A stretch of 64,000 nucleotides of DNA, taken from NCBI RefSeq assembly GCF_964204645.1, contig NC_134029.1:21508950-21572949 (forward strand), given 5' to 3'. Each line of letters opens with the position of its first letter. Position 1 is the first letter of the stretch. The translations under genes were made by a program, and so were the position numbers. This document shows, piece after piece, positions 1-13,200 of the stretch. Source of the stretch: Tubulanus polymorphus (Eukaryota; Animalia; Nemertea). Below the pieces are notes generated by a model. That model was given only the letters and a program-made list of their open reading frames with translations. It made no database searches and was not told where the DNA came from.

Positions 1-403
1 CGCCGATAACATTTGAAACGTTGTGTGCAATAGAAATAAGACACTAAGTCAATCGTAATGAGTAATAGTGTCAGCTCTACTGTTGTGATCTTTCACATGC
101 CTTCCTTTATCAACTGTACAGTACAGATATATCATTATTTGTACAAAAAATGGATAATAAACTTGTAATTTTTACAAATACGTGTGTATTGTTATCTTAT
201 TTTGTTGTTTAGTTGCGATTGTTGTTGGATACAGCCTAGATTTTTGAAACCAGAAATTGTTGAGGTGAACCAAGCTAAATAGATTTTAATGAAATTAGGC
301 GCTATAATGCGATTATTGTTCTAATTTTAATTGAGTTTGATGTCATTGAGTAAAAATTATGTGGCAATATTGTAGTTCTGCCCGCAATCAGTAGTGTCAC
401 ATT

Positions 404-552
404 GACCGTCAAGTGCTGCCCCTATACAGATCACTAGCGGTGAACACATGAACTAATCTAATTAAACGTTATTCCTACTGTGGCATGTGAGCAATAAGTT
501 AGTTCCAATATTCACCGTCAACGATGTGTATAGGGGCAGCACTTGAAGGTTA
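404..552. mobile_element. Palindromic MITE-like element (second copy at ~2519-2669)
   Basis: Long imperfect inverted repeats: ACCGTCAAGTGCTGCCCCTATAC ... GTATAGGGGCAGCACTTGA(A/C)GGT. Confidence 0.7.
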
Positions 553-584
553 TGATAATAAATAAATAAATCACATTTTATGTC

Positions 585-937
585 TTGTAATTTGCTTACC
601 GAACCCCGTGAAAACCACTTAGATATAAATACCTTTCGGAACTTAGATGTATTAAAAAAATCCAACTTTAAATATGGCTAAATTAATCAAAATAGGTCTA
701 GATGTATATAAATCCCGCCGGTAGTGTATGTATTGTAAATATATGTATTGTAAATAGTAAATAGTATATTTTGTACATAAGTGTGAGACCAGTTAATTAA
801 GTTTTGTAGCTTTTATTACTGTTTATGTAATTATTGTAAATACTGTTTTCCTCCATATACCATGGAAATGGTTGGAGTGTAAATAAATATTCGTAAATAT
901 TCGTAAATTCGTAAAATATTCGTAAATATTCGTATTC
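585..937 (+). mobile_element. 5'-truncated non-LTR retrotransposon (CR1/L2-like LINE 3' end) with a 31-bp target-site duplication
   Basis: Absent from the downstream duplicate. Flanked by an identical 31-mer, GATAATAAATAAATAAATCACATTTTATGTC, at 554-584 and 938-968. From 586 it reads CNLLTEPRENHLDINTFRNLDVLKKSNFKYG*, resembling the WNxLP...NxFKxxLD end of LINE ORF2. It ends in a stem-loop and (AAATATTCGT)n/TATTCG repeats. Confidence 0.75.
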
Positions 938-1674
938 GATAATAAATAAATAAATCACATTTTATGTCATGTGTAAAATAAATAGAAATCCACAGTTGAC
1001 AGTGTTCAATTGCTACAACTACCTTATTTTGTACTATCCTCAGAAGCCTCCCACATTCCCAAGTTTTACAAAAAAAGCTCCTGACTTATTTTTTTGTTTC
1101 ACAGACACCGAAAACTCTAATTTATCAAGTTGATGATGAGAGTATACAGTTGAAATGACTTGAGTCAGTATCTAGGCTAGCTTGTAAGGCTAGTATTACT
1201 AGACTAGGCTTAGACTAGTTACAAAGCCCTTATATGCGAACATCGGTAACTAAAAGAAATGCTTTTCATGTATGTTTTTTATTACCAACAATTACAACAA
1301 TTCAGTTACACATTTATTTCGAATAATATATAATTTGCCAGTAACAATATTAATCAGTCAATTAATCGTATTTTTATACAAAAGATTTCTAGAAGGCAGT
1401 GTTGCCACGTTATCATCAGTTGAAAGGGTAAATAGTACCAATGTGTACTATCTCTGAAGAACTATAAGATTTATATTTTCCTACAAGAAAAATACCGAGA
1501 TCTGAGAATGTTTGCATTGCGAATGTCTGGTCATCTACATGGGTTAAGGTAGCAATTTGATGTTGAAGATTTCTAACAACGTCAGACCCTCGTGACGAAT
1601 TTTTTTGATTTATATCCGATTGGAAGTCGAAACATTCTAACTATTAACAGAAATTGTTTTTCTTTTCATTCCAG

Positions 1675-1837
1675 AGGTATACTTGGTATTGTCATGACGT
1701 CGTTGACTGTATTCTGGTGTAGTTTATCGGCATCTAAATTGTTCGTGACTGCATTAGCGATGGATCACCAACAGCCCCTCGTCGCCTACCCATGCGCGCT
1801 TGTCTACGGAATTTTTGCGCTGTTAACAGTTTTCTAA
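1675..1837 (+). CDS. YIPF5: YIP1 family member 5/7, last coding exon
   Basis: Acceptor tttcattccag at 1674. Translation [53 protein letters not shown] matches the YIPF5 C-terminus ([31 protein letters not shown]). Confidence 0.92.
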
Positions 1838-2113
1838 AATCATTCTCTCAAAATTAACTAAACTATATTCCTAGATGCGAAGTGTTGTACTGCATGTTAA
1901 AAGGAAATACCGAATTTTGTCATAGCATTTTGAATGAAGATACAGATCCTTTTGGCGGAATGGGGTTAACTCCGAGCGCACACTAAACTGTATTATTAGT
2001 TTTAAGTCTGAATATTGAAACTCTCAGGCAATTTCATAGTCGATTATGTAAGCTATTTCTGTTATATGAATGGATCAATTAGTTCTATGTTGATAATTCC
2101 GCTTCATTGTATT

Positions 2114-3219
2114 CGACGATAACATTTGAAACGTTGTGTGCAATAGAAATAAGACACTAAGTCAATCGTAATGAGTAATACTGTTAGCTCTACTGTTGTG
2201 ATCTTTCACATGCCTTCCTTTATCAACTGTACAGTACAGATATATCATTATTTGTACAAAAAATGGATAATAAACTTGTTGTAATTTTTACAAATACGTG
2301 TGTATTGTTATCTTATTTTGTTGTTTAGTTGCGATTGTTGTTGGATACAGCCTAGATTTTTGAAACCAGAAATTGTTGAGGTGAACCAAGCTAAATAGAT
2401 TTTAACGAAATTAGGCGCTATAATGCGATTATTGTTCGAATTTTAATTGAGTTTGATGTCATTGAGTAAAAATTATGTGGCAATATTGTAGTTCTGCCTG
2501 CAATCAGTAGTGTCACATTGACCGTCAAGTGCTGCCCCTATACACATCATTAGCGGTGAACACATGAACTAAGCTGATAAAGCGTTATTCCTACTGTGGC
2601 ATGTGAGCAATAAGTTAGTTCCCATATTCACCGTCAACGATGTGTATAGAGGCAGCACTTGACGGTTATGATAATAAATAAATCACATTTTGTCATGTGT
2701 AAAATAAATATAAATCCACAGTTGACAATGTTCAATTGCTACAACTACCTAATTAAGTACTATCCTCAGAAGCCTCCCACATTCCCAAGTTTTACAAAAT
2801 AGCACCTGACTTATTTTTTTGTTTCGCAGACACCCGAAAACTCTAATTCATCAAGTTGATAATGACAGTATACAGATGAAATGACTTCAGTCAGCATCTA
2901 GGCTAGCTTGTAAGGCTAGTATTACTAGACTAGGCTTAGACTAGAAACAAAGCCCTTATATACGAACATTGGTAACTAAAAGAAATGCTTTTCATGTATG
3001 TTTTTTATTACCAACAATTACAACAATTCAGTTACACATTTATTTCGAATAATATATAATTTGCCAGTAACAATATTAATCAATCAATTAATCGTATTTT
3101 TATACAAAAGATTTCTAGAAGGCAGTGTTGACACGTTATCATCAGTTGAAAGGGTAAATAGTACCAATGTGTACTATCTCTGAAGAACTATAAGATTTAT
3201 ATTTTCCTATAAGAAAAAT
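2114..3219 (+). repeat. Downstream copy of the duplicated YIPF5 3' region (full unit probably ~1494-3219, including the last exon)
   Basis: Direct alignment to 1..1493. Similarity ends after ..AAGAAAAAT at ~1493 and ~3219. Confidence 0.93.
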
Positions 3220-4295
3220 GCTACAACATATTTCAGTGATATGCTATGATTTGGGGACCAAATTTTTCGGGAGGCAAACGATATTCGCTGTTAGATTAAC
3301 TTCGTAAATTTGAACTCTCCGGTTGGTGAGAAGCAACAACCGTATGACCGGCAGACTACATAAAACATAATCTTATGACACTACTTTAAATAGTACAACG
3401 GACTTTAAACCATTTGCACGAAATTGACCACTGACTATATATGAAAACCGTCTCGACAAAATATCCACAAGAAAACAACATTATAGGCTTATTTATATAC
3501 ACATGACGCATATTCCCACCTCAAATCTTCCAATAGAATACCAGCCGACATATCAACAAAGATCAACAATTCAACGCTGTTAGAGCACCGGCTAAGAATT
3601 TGATAATTTCTGATTGATCCGAGCTGGTATAAAAGATTGTATAGGGACAAATGAGTGATTAGAACGGTAAGAACCCAAGGGTTACATTAAGTAGCGATTC
3701 TTATCATTGTTTACAGAGTCTTCAGCATCTGGAAACCCACTGCATTTATACTATAAACCCATTTTAAAGCAGAAATACTGACCAATTGATGAAATATTTA
3801 CCGCAAACATTGTCATTCGCTATTACGTTATTCTATATAAAATAACAACAAATAAAACTCAGAAGATTAAATGCATATGGTCACAATTCAACACACAACT
3901 TAGACATAAATCGGCACGATTTAAATACGTACAAATAAACATTCTTCATTAACATCATTTCGACACGAATACATCATAAATAACCAGGTTCAGTAATAAC
4001 ACCTACGCCTGTCGTAGCCTTAATTAAAACGATTGGCATCGTAAGTCATCGGTATATTTACACACCGTTTAGTTATTGGCGTGTGGGCCGGATTTTAATA
4101 AAAATAATCCAGACGAATGCCCACCGATAGCCTCGTAGCAGCATTACTCTAACTAGTCTGTAGTCACCTATCTTAGTCTCCACATAGTAGCGATTCCAGG
4201 GGAGCAGGATTAGGGCAGGTTTACTGTAATTTTTGACGATCAAGGTAGACGTGGTAACAACGCACATGATTACCCTGTGCTAATGGAAACTATCG

Positions 4296-7200
4296 TTATA
4301 ACTCGATGACATCGTGATCGATGCCAGAGGCGGCGTCCCCGTTACCGCGACCGGCATTCTGTAATAGTAACTGTTGTCGTCGTTGCTGCATCTGTATCTG
4401 CTGCAACCGCGCAAGCTCTTGTTCTTGTCGCTCGACCACCTGCAACAAAATGAAAAATTCCATTAGTAGTTCATAAGTTCTGTTGAACTGTTATTTAACT
4501 AATTATTCAAACTTTGGATATTTTCACCACAACTCAAGAAAATTCTCTAGGTCATAAGCGACTTTTTATATACCATGCATATACGCTAATTACATATTCT
4601 GCTTTTCTAGATAAGTTGGGGAACGGGTCAATGCCTGATATAGACCTTACATAGTTAGAGAGTATTGAGTATGGCGGCATATCTGAGGTTAATTTTGAAT
4701 AGTTCCAAGACGAAATATTCTCATCAGATGATCCATTCTCAGAAAAAAACTGGCATCAGGTGTGGGTGGCGTTGGCACCAGTGATCTAGTACTATAATAT
4801 CTATGACGGCTAACTTGTGTCTAAATCGGTTTATAACCTTAAGATATTCTCAATCCCGGTAAATCAAGATTAAGGCGATATTTGCAGAATATTCATAGAA
4901 TACGTCTGCTATCGTGTAACTCACCTGACGTCTGTGTAATTCCTGTTGAGCGAGAACCTGTTGAGTTTGATTCGACATCTGCATTCTGTATATCGCGCTG
5001 ACGCGTTGACTTAATTCGTGCGGGGTCAAATTCGGATTCTGAAGATACAATATCGAACGAAATACATACATGCCACGAATACTGAACTGAATAGCAACCG
5101 ATTAAGAAACATGAACGACGACCACTAACCTGTGATAGTAGTAACTGTACTAGCTGTGCCTGTACCGCAGAACTGAATTGAGGATTCATCAATCCTTGCA
5201 TTACCGACGCCGTATTCGCTGTGTTCATCGCCTGCATCTGTTGTATCATATCTACCGAAAAATAAAAAGAGAAACATTTTCAACCGAAATCGATCAGGAA
5301 TCTACCATTTATATCGACCAGAAAAGAATATTGAGTCTTTCTCATGAAAATAAATCAATCAGCACCAACTTGAGTGTGCTCAAGCCTAGTTGACCAGAAC
5401 AGAATAACTTCTAAGAGAGTGTAAGAGTATACTCTACTTGGATGGGAATGAGGAATTTGAGAAGTCAGTATTGATCAATGTGTTTGTATTAGTTGATATT
5501 GATACCCAGGTTGGCTAAAATCCATCTCCACTAACTAGGACTGCCCCGAATTTCACGACCCGGTAATCAATATCTAACTTACGTTGGAATCCACCGTAAT
5601 TAGGAAACGCAGCTTGTTGTTGAAGTCCTTTTTTCTCGGCTTCGTATTCCTCCCACGCCGCTTTACGTTCGTCTTCGTTCAACTCTTCGTCGACTTTGTT
5701 CTCGAGTAGCGAATCGTGTTCGTGGTAGTTCACGATCCAATCCATCTGTTCGTGCAGAAGATCGGCCAAAAAACGATCCTAAAACGAGTAGGTTTGAACA
5801 ATCCATTTTTCAAGATCAGTATCGCTAAAAATAATTGACAAGAAAGAAGTTCCTAGTGCTGGCTTGATAAATGACCCTACACTCTGCTTTTTAGACCTAT
5901 ACGAAATTTTTCAAGCGAAACGACATAATCTATTGAAGAGAGATGTATGAAGAAATGCTGTTGTATTGTAAGCCAGAAAGTAACTTGAACGTGCACCGTA
6001 GAAATTCCAAAATCTATTGAGTACTGTATGTAAAGAACAACATTGCGCAACAAAAATGAGTATATCATAATTCTATTTAAAAAGCTTGGTACCTAAGTTC
6101 CAGCAATTGAAAGCTATTGCGTTTTCTAGTAAGTTATCATCATGATAGAAATATGGCCATAGAAACTCCAGATTTGAAGTCTAATACAGTGGAACTCATT
6201 CAATTCCGATGACTAGTTACTGCCCAGATTTCTCTGAATCAAGTAAAATCCGAATTATGAATTTCACCCGAATCAAGTCAAAATTCAGAATCAAGCAAAT
6301 TCTACTGTAGTTGATAAGCAACAGAAATGAGCCAAGACTGGCTTCAATGGAACACTTTGATGAGAGTTCAACCAGCACAAGAGACCAAAACCTTATCGTA
6401 AAATTAAAGCTAGTAAATACCTTTGGTAATATAGGAGTAGGTTTATCAGTTTTCTCCGGGTCGTCTAATCGATCTGGCTTGAATGTATACAACTCTTGTA
6501 AATCGCTAGCGTTAAAATGACGTTGAATCTGATGTTCATCGATGACTCGCTGCGATAACGACTGTTTAGACACTTGTCGTTCATAGATTTTCTCTTCCAT
6601 CGTTCCCTGAAAATAAATATTTCATACTTAGAAGTTTTACAAAAATTGCGTAATTTAACCCTTTCCCTCCATTCCGCTGATTCACTGCCAACGAGATTTT
6701 CAAATGAGAACTGAGCCTATTTCAACCTCAAACAGAAACCTATCAACGTTAGAACTTCTTGGAAAATTTGAAGAGGAAATTCTGAGCTGAATGATATTTT
6801 GTTGGAAGTGCTCTAACTTCAAATTTTAGTCAATTCAGGGTGAAAAAAAAACTATAATTTTTGCCAAATACATCAAACAATTAAGAAAATAGGTACTAGA
6901 CGGCACATATCAGTGGCAAAATACCAAAAGCAACTGCATCGCAACTATTCTTCACAAATTGAAATAATTTAAAGTTTTATTTTAGAGAAACTAGGGGCCC
7001 AGGAACTTGACACCCACTTGGGAAATGGTACGAAATGCTCGAAAATCTGACAAATTACCCTAAAACAAGGCTGCCAACCCATGAAAAGCCCTCTCAGAAA
7101 AAAGTTGATTTTTTCAGGATCTTTTTATTGAAACATGAAATGAAATGTTCAATTGAATCATTAAACAATGTTAAGACCCTAAGTAACTTCTTTCACAATA

Positions 7201-10200
7201 CTGTATTAAACAAATTGAATCAGTATTTCTTGTGACAAAATAGTAATGAAATACTGAAAATCAGGAACAGTTGACAGCTCTGCTAAAATATGCTAGCATG
7301 GAGAAATCCACATTGAGCTAAAATTCTAATAATTCATTTCACCATAAATTTTGTGGATACCGAGGTGGCCATTCTTTCTACAACGGTCTAAAGAATTGGA
7401 AGTTTTAATATTGTTTGAATACCTGCGCAATAAGACGATACACGTAAACCGGTTTATTCTGGCCAAATCGATACGAACGGAACATCGCTTGTAGATCGTA
7501 CGACGGATTCCACGACGCGTCGAATATGACGACTCGATTCGCAGCCATTAGATTAATACCCAGCGATCCGGCTCGAGTTGAGATCATAAATAATCGCGCT
7601 CTGCAAATATTCAAACATACGATAATCAGAATATAGTTTGTAGTAAGGGAGTTCCCCATAAAGAATCAAAGCAAAGTATTTTTTGTTATCATCAATTCTT
7701 TTTATCATCTACGGACTAAAACAAACATCGGTGACTTTAATTTTGAGTTTGGTGCATTTTGTAAGCACAGGTTGATTAATACACCTCACGTGAAGTACAT
7801 AGTTTTTTGCTACCCCTTCTCTTTATCAAACGATCCCGAAGGAGAGAAACGTAAGTCTAAATTGAAATATCGGCGCGCACTTAACAGATGGTGAATATGT
7901 CAGAAATTTTACAAAATACTAAGTTAACAGAATACGATATATGTTTTTTATATGACTGATTATCGATTACCTCGGATTATCCTCAGCGTTGAAATTATCA
8001 CAGAATTTCTGGCGGACGTGAGCTTGAGTGGACCCATCCAAACGGAAATAATCAGCACCTTCCACCCAGCTACCGGAACCACCATACTGCAACAAACAAC
8101 ATAACACAATTGAGTGGATACAAGCGACTAACACGTCATAATAGATACAATTCATAGGATTTAAAATGGTACCTTATTATCTGGATTGTCAGAGACAGTC
8201 TCCAATAATTCTTGAATAATATCCAATGACAAAAGACTTTGGCTAAATAACAACCTGAAAAATAATATTCATATATCGGAATTACAGATTTCGTTAACTG
8301 CTCAGTTATAGAGACAGAATCGATGTAAAACGTACACTTTGTCGCCAATTTCTTCGGCCATACGAAGAATTTCGAACAAAACGACGAGTTTTCCGCTGAC
8401 TTCTACTTTCGATTTCATATCGTCGGTAACGTACGGGTGCCACCATTCAGCCGGGGTCGCCGGAGCACGCGATGATATTTCCTGATCTCTTATCTCAATG
8501 ATTTCGCCGTCGGAGAGTTCGCCAGCTTTTCGTCTCGATCGTCTGCACAGAGAGAGAAGCAGACAAACAACGTAGAAGCATTTATATCGAAATATCCATT
8601 GTTAACCCTTCCAGTGCATCTACGCCGCCCGGCGCGGAACCAGGAAGGTGGCAGGTACCATCCTCTAGATTTTCAGTTGGCCCCTGAAAATCTTTCGGTA
8701 CCACCTGAGGACATCCAAAAAGGCTCCTAATAAATTTTTCTTTGGTAGAAAGAATCTCAAATCCTTGGAAATTGTATCTGCTAGATTTATTTTTCAAAAT
8801 TTTCAGCACTTGCTACTCGTGTTTATAGTGTTTATAGTGCATCTTTTTGACAATTATTGCCCTTTTCATTTGAGTGCAACCCCTCAATATAAGCTTTGGA
8901 TCTGCCCCTGACTGCAGTGGTGTGCAATGTATATATCAGTAAAAGGCTTTGCTAGTACACCGCATTGCGGTGTATCGATGTATTTAGTAATTACCGGTAG
9001 TTATAATCTCTATCAACAGACTGAGGTGGCAGTTCCTGTCAAGAATTAGAAACTAACGATACACCGCGCCATGGTGTAAATTTATCTCCAGCACTTTTAA
9101 GGTAAGAACTAGTTGTCAGTACTAAGAGGGTCAAATATCTTGATCGCAAAATCCAAATTATTTACCTTGGCACAATTTTGGAGGTTTTTTAGGTTGTAAA
9201 ATTACAATCTAACGCATTTGAACAGCAATGATGAATACTCAATCTAAGTTATAAACCAGACGAGGTTTATCGAGTTACCTTGTTGCTCTCGTAGCCCGAG
9301 CGTGAGCAGTTTTTTCTCCATCGGAATCACTAGATTCCGAATGAGTGAACGAAACGTCCGAATCGCCGTCTTTATCGGAACGCTTCTTCTCTTTTTTCTT
9401 CTTCTTTCTCTCGGCTTCGCTCTCGCTCGACGTTTCCGCGAGACTTATGTCGGTTTCTTCTTCGGAATCGTCGAGGAATTCGTCGTCGTCTTCAACTACT
9501 CGCTGTCAAAAGAATAATGTAACGATTTCATACAATAGACTCCTCCTTACTCCGGTCAACTCTGTAAAATGCTCAATTCGGCGAATTTCACTAAAAAATT
9601 GTGTGGAGAAACCTACTATTTCCCTAATTCTCAACTTAGTTTTTAACCCAACTCTGTTACATTCAACTAAAGTGAAGGTCCCAATGCTACGCAGTAAAAC
9701 TAAGTGATTCTTTAAACTCAAACAAAGCATTTATCTTAAGAGAACGAAGAAAACCTGAAGCTACTTTCAAATTCCAAATAATTCATTTTTCAAATACTTT
9801 AGTTTACCCTAAAATTTCAACAATGACCGTAAAACTCTATAGAGTAACATGAACAGTTGACAATTTTCCTATATTTTCCAATCAATCTTTCGCTTTCGAT
9901 AATGAAGAGGAGTCTAGCACACATCATTCTAAAGGCCCTCATATTCAGACAAAACTTTTGCTAGACAAAGCTAGTGCATTAGAACTGTTCTTCGTGAGTA
10001 TCCTGTTATTCTATTGATAATTGATAGAATCTAAAGTTCAATGAATTTTTGGCAGAATAAATCTTAAATAGGGAACACCATTGAGACAATCTGTACCTTA
10101 TTTTGTTGTCTGACTTCGTCCATCTTCAGCACCCACGGATGAGTCCATATCTGCATGAGTTTCTGAAAGTCTGCGAACAGACGCGCGCCTTTACCCATCG

Positions 10201-13200
10201 TCATATAACCGCCACCGCCGTCCTCGTTATAGCCGCATTTCTCGAGGTATTTCTGATAGAGATCCATCTGCAGCGGCGACATTCTGATGTTGACAACGTA
10301 CTCGAATTTCGGAGGAAGGTATCTCGTCAGTGCCGAGTAATCTCGACGCTACGATGTGAAAAAAGAAATCTATTTAGACTAACTTTATATTGCGTACGAA
10401 ATGGATACACTGGTATTGACGCGTTCAGTTCATCTTACCTACAGTGCAGTGTGGTGTATGGACTTAATTATTACACCACACTGCGGTGCATCAATTTAAT
10501 TATCAATTAGTTATAATTTCTATTAAGATGGCAGCACTGTCAAACATTGAAATATTAGTAACTAATAATACACTGCACTTCAGCGTTGAAGCACTTTAGC
10601 CGTATGCCTGCTATATAACGCATTTGGGTGGGATTTTCGAAAAAAATCTCCAGCACTTTAGGATAAGATCAGCACAGAAAGGGTTTTAAACAACAAATTT
10701 AACGTTCAAGAATCAAACAACCACATTGGATTTCAATATTACCTGAACGCAACCGCTCAACATGTCGTGTAAAACATGAGCCCTACGTTTCATTATTTTA
10801 ACATCATGCTGAGTGGAATCGGCACAAGATCCGTTATTTATCGGATTTACGAAACGATTCAAGAATTCCTTCTTCGTTCCGAGTAAGTTCGGCTTCACGA
10901 AGCTCAACATGCAGTGATCTGAAAGAATAGACGTACGTTTCATAAAAATGAATTCGAAACCTATAGTTTTTACATTTCAAATTTGACGAACTCACATTCG
11001 AGGAGATTGTTTTGAAGTGGAGTTCCGGTTAGGACGACTCTTTTAGGCGTTTTCATCTCATTGCAACAGATGGACAAATTTGATTGACTGTTCTTCAGCA
11101 AATGGCCTTCGTCACAAACGACAACGTCTGGTCCTATGTATAAGAAATGATTTTAAGTAAACTTAAAACAAGACCAAATCATCAATAACTTTGGCCCGAA
11201 GCTGGACATAAGTCGAAACAGTACGCAATACTGGCAAACCTCACTCCTAAGCATACAAGCATTTTTTTCGACTTATACCTGACTTGGGCCAAACTTTGTT
11301 GCCCAAGAATTTGTTAACGAATCTGCGTACCTGGATTGACGAGTGTGTCGCGGAATGTCTGTTTTTGTTTCTTATTACGACAATTTGTGCCCCTCGATAG
11401 ATTGCGAAACATCTCGTAACCGATGATCAGTATTCCGCCGTTCTCCTGCCAGTCGAGCAGTAGACGAGCTCTCTCGTTGTTAGCCTTCACGCCGCAGATC
11501 TCATACACCTACAGTTTGAAAACAATACATTCCCATGAATCATTATCGACATTCAGGGAAGCACCGGGAGCTATTATACGCCCGAAAGTCCGGGTAGATT
11601 TGTGCGATTGATTAAAGCGAAAGTTGCGAAAATCGCCATGTAGAGTTGTTATGAACTCCGAGCGTGCCCAATGCATCCAAATCCATCTCTGTCTAATTCT
11701 AAAAACTTTTCCAGAGGACCCCCAGGCTTTCATACCCGTCAAAATGCTGGATCCCCTGATCTTAGAACGGAATACTAGCTAAAATATAGGTATAAGACAA
11801 TTGTTTAATCAACGAAAAATCTTTGAAAATGAACTAAATTTTCGCATCGATATTTAAAAGCCCTCGACCGCGCGTCTGGTTCGGGGAATACAATACCTCG
11901 AATTTGTCCTCATCTCTTTTGAACCATTTATTCCACTCATTGCTCCAATTCATTATGGTATTCAACGGACACATTATCATACAAGTTTTCAGTCCTAAAG
12001 CATCGTAATGATCCAGTAACGTGTGAACCAACGTGATAACCTGTAAACATCAGATTTAGAATACATTTACATTCCACCTCTAAAGGCTAGATTTGACTTC
12101 CTCTTTTTTTTTACATTAATCGCATTTAATTCCTACTTTCAAATAACCAGGCAATTATCGCGTTTCGGATGCAGCACATTTTTTTTAGATACTTACCGAC
12201 AATGTCTTTCCTAGACCCATACAATGAGCTAAGATACACCCAGCGCCGCCGGTCTCTTTGTGCTGTTCGACATTCTCGACCAAACAATCGTACATAAACT
12301 TCACCGCTGAAATATATTCAAAAACGTTTTTGTTTCAACTGAAACAAGAGCAACATTCAACAACCATTCACGCAGGCCTTCTGGGTGATACGGCTTAGAT
12401 AGACTGTTTCAGTCTCTCCGTGTAGCCCCATTATCCTGTTACATTTTTCTTCGTCTAATCATACTTATTATATCGTTCAATAATGTAACATCGTAATGAA
12501 AATAAATTTCAATTTCAGGTTGGCCACTCCTATTTGATAAGCTTTTTCCCTGACTTGATCTGCTAAGAATTCAATCCATTAACACACTCAAATATGTAAG
12601 ACATGGATGGAAACTGTTTGATTTTAAGTGCGATTTAACAATCTCAACAAATTTGCCTGATTTTGTACTTATTTACAAACACTTCCACTTTTTATTTACA
12701 AACCTAACTTTTTTTTAAGACAAAAAGAAATTCCCCGACTTATCCCTGATTTCCCGGTAAGCGGCCACCCCGGAATATTCTACGCATCAATTAATTCACC
12801 TTCGACTTGATGTGGTTTGAGATAACGTATGAGATCCTTGTTTACTTCCACGATCGGTTCCTTTGTTTTCTCGTCGAATTCTAAAACGAGTTTCGTCGTG
12901 ACCGGACAATCTCCGCTTTTATCGACTTCTTGTAGTATACTTTCATTGTACTGCAAATATTTCATGAAAATATCTTAACACGTATCTATCTTGCTCGAAA
13001 ACGCATCGATTTTCAGAGTAAACATGAGCATACATAACTGGTAGACTGACATCAATCTCAGTATTTTGAGTTGATGAGCAAAACCTATAGTTTATGACAT
13101 AACAGTTTATTCTGACAGTTTTGAACTTTTGACTTGACTCCATCATCAGCGACTGTCTCTTAGTTCCTGTCCCTAACCTTCCTTAGTAACATCAATATCT

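Larger units (their letters stand above)
1..1493 (+). repeat. Upstream copy of a tandem duplication of the YIPF5 3' region (extends past the window start)
   Basis: 1..~1493 aligns with 2114..~3219 with scattered substitutions and small indels, apart from an extra insert at 585-968. Near-identical spurious 61-aa ORFs at 1272 and 2998 confirm the match. Confidence 0.95.

Noticed and set aside
1272-3183. Two near-identical 61-aa ORFs (1272-1457, 2998-3183)
   Set aside because: By-product of the DNA duplication in AT-rich 3' sequence; no protein-like features or splice context.
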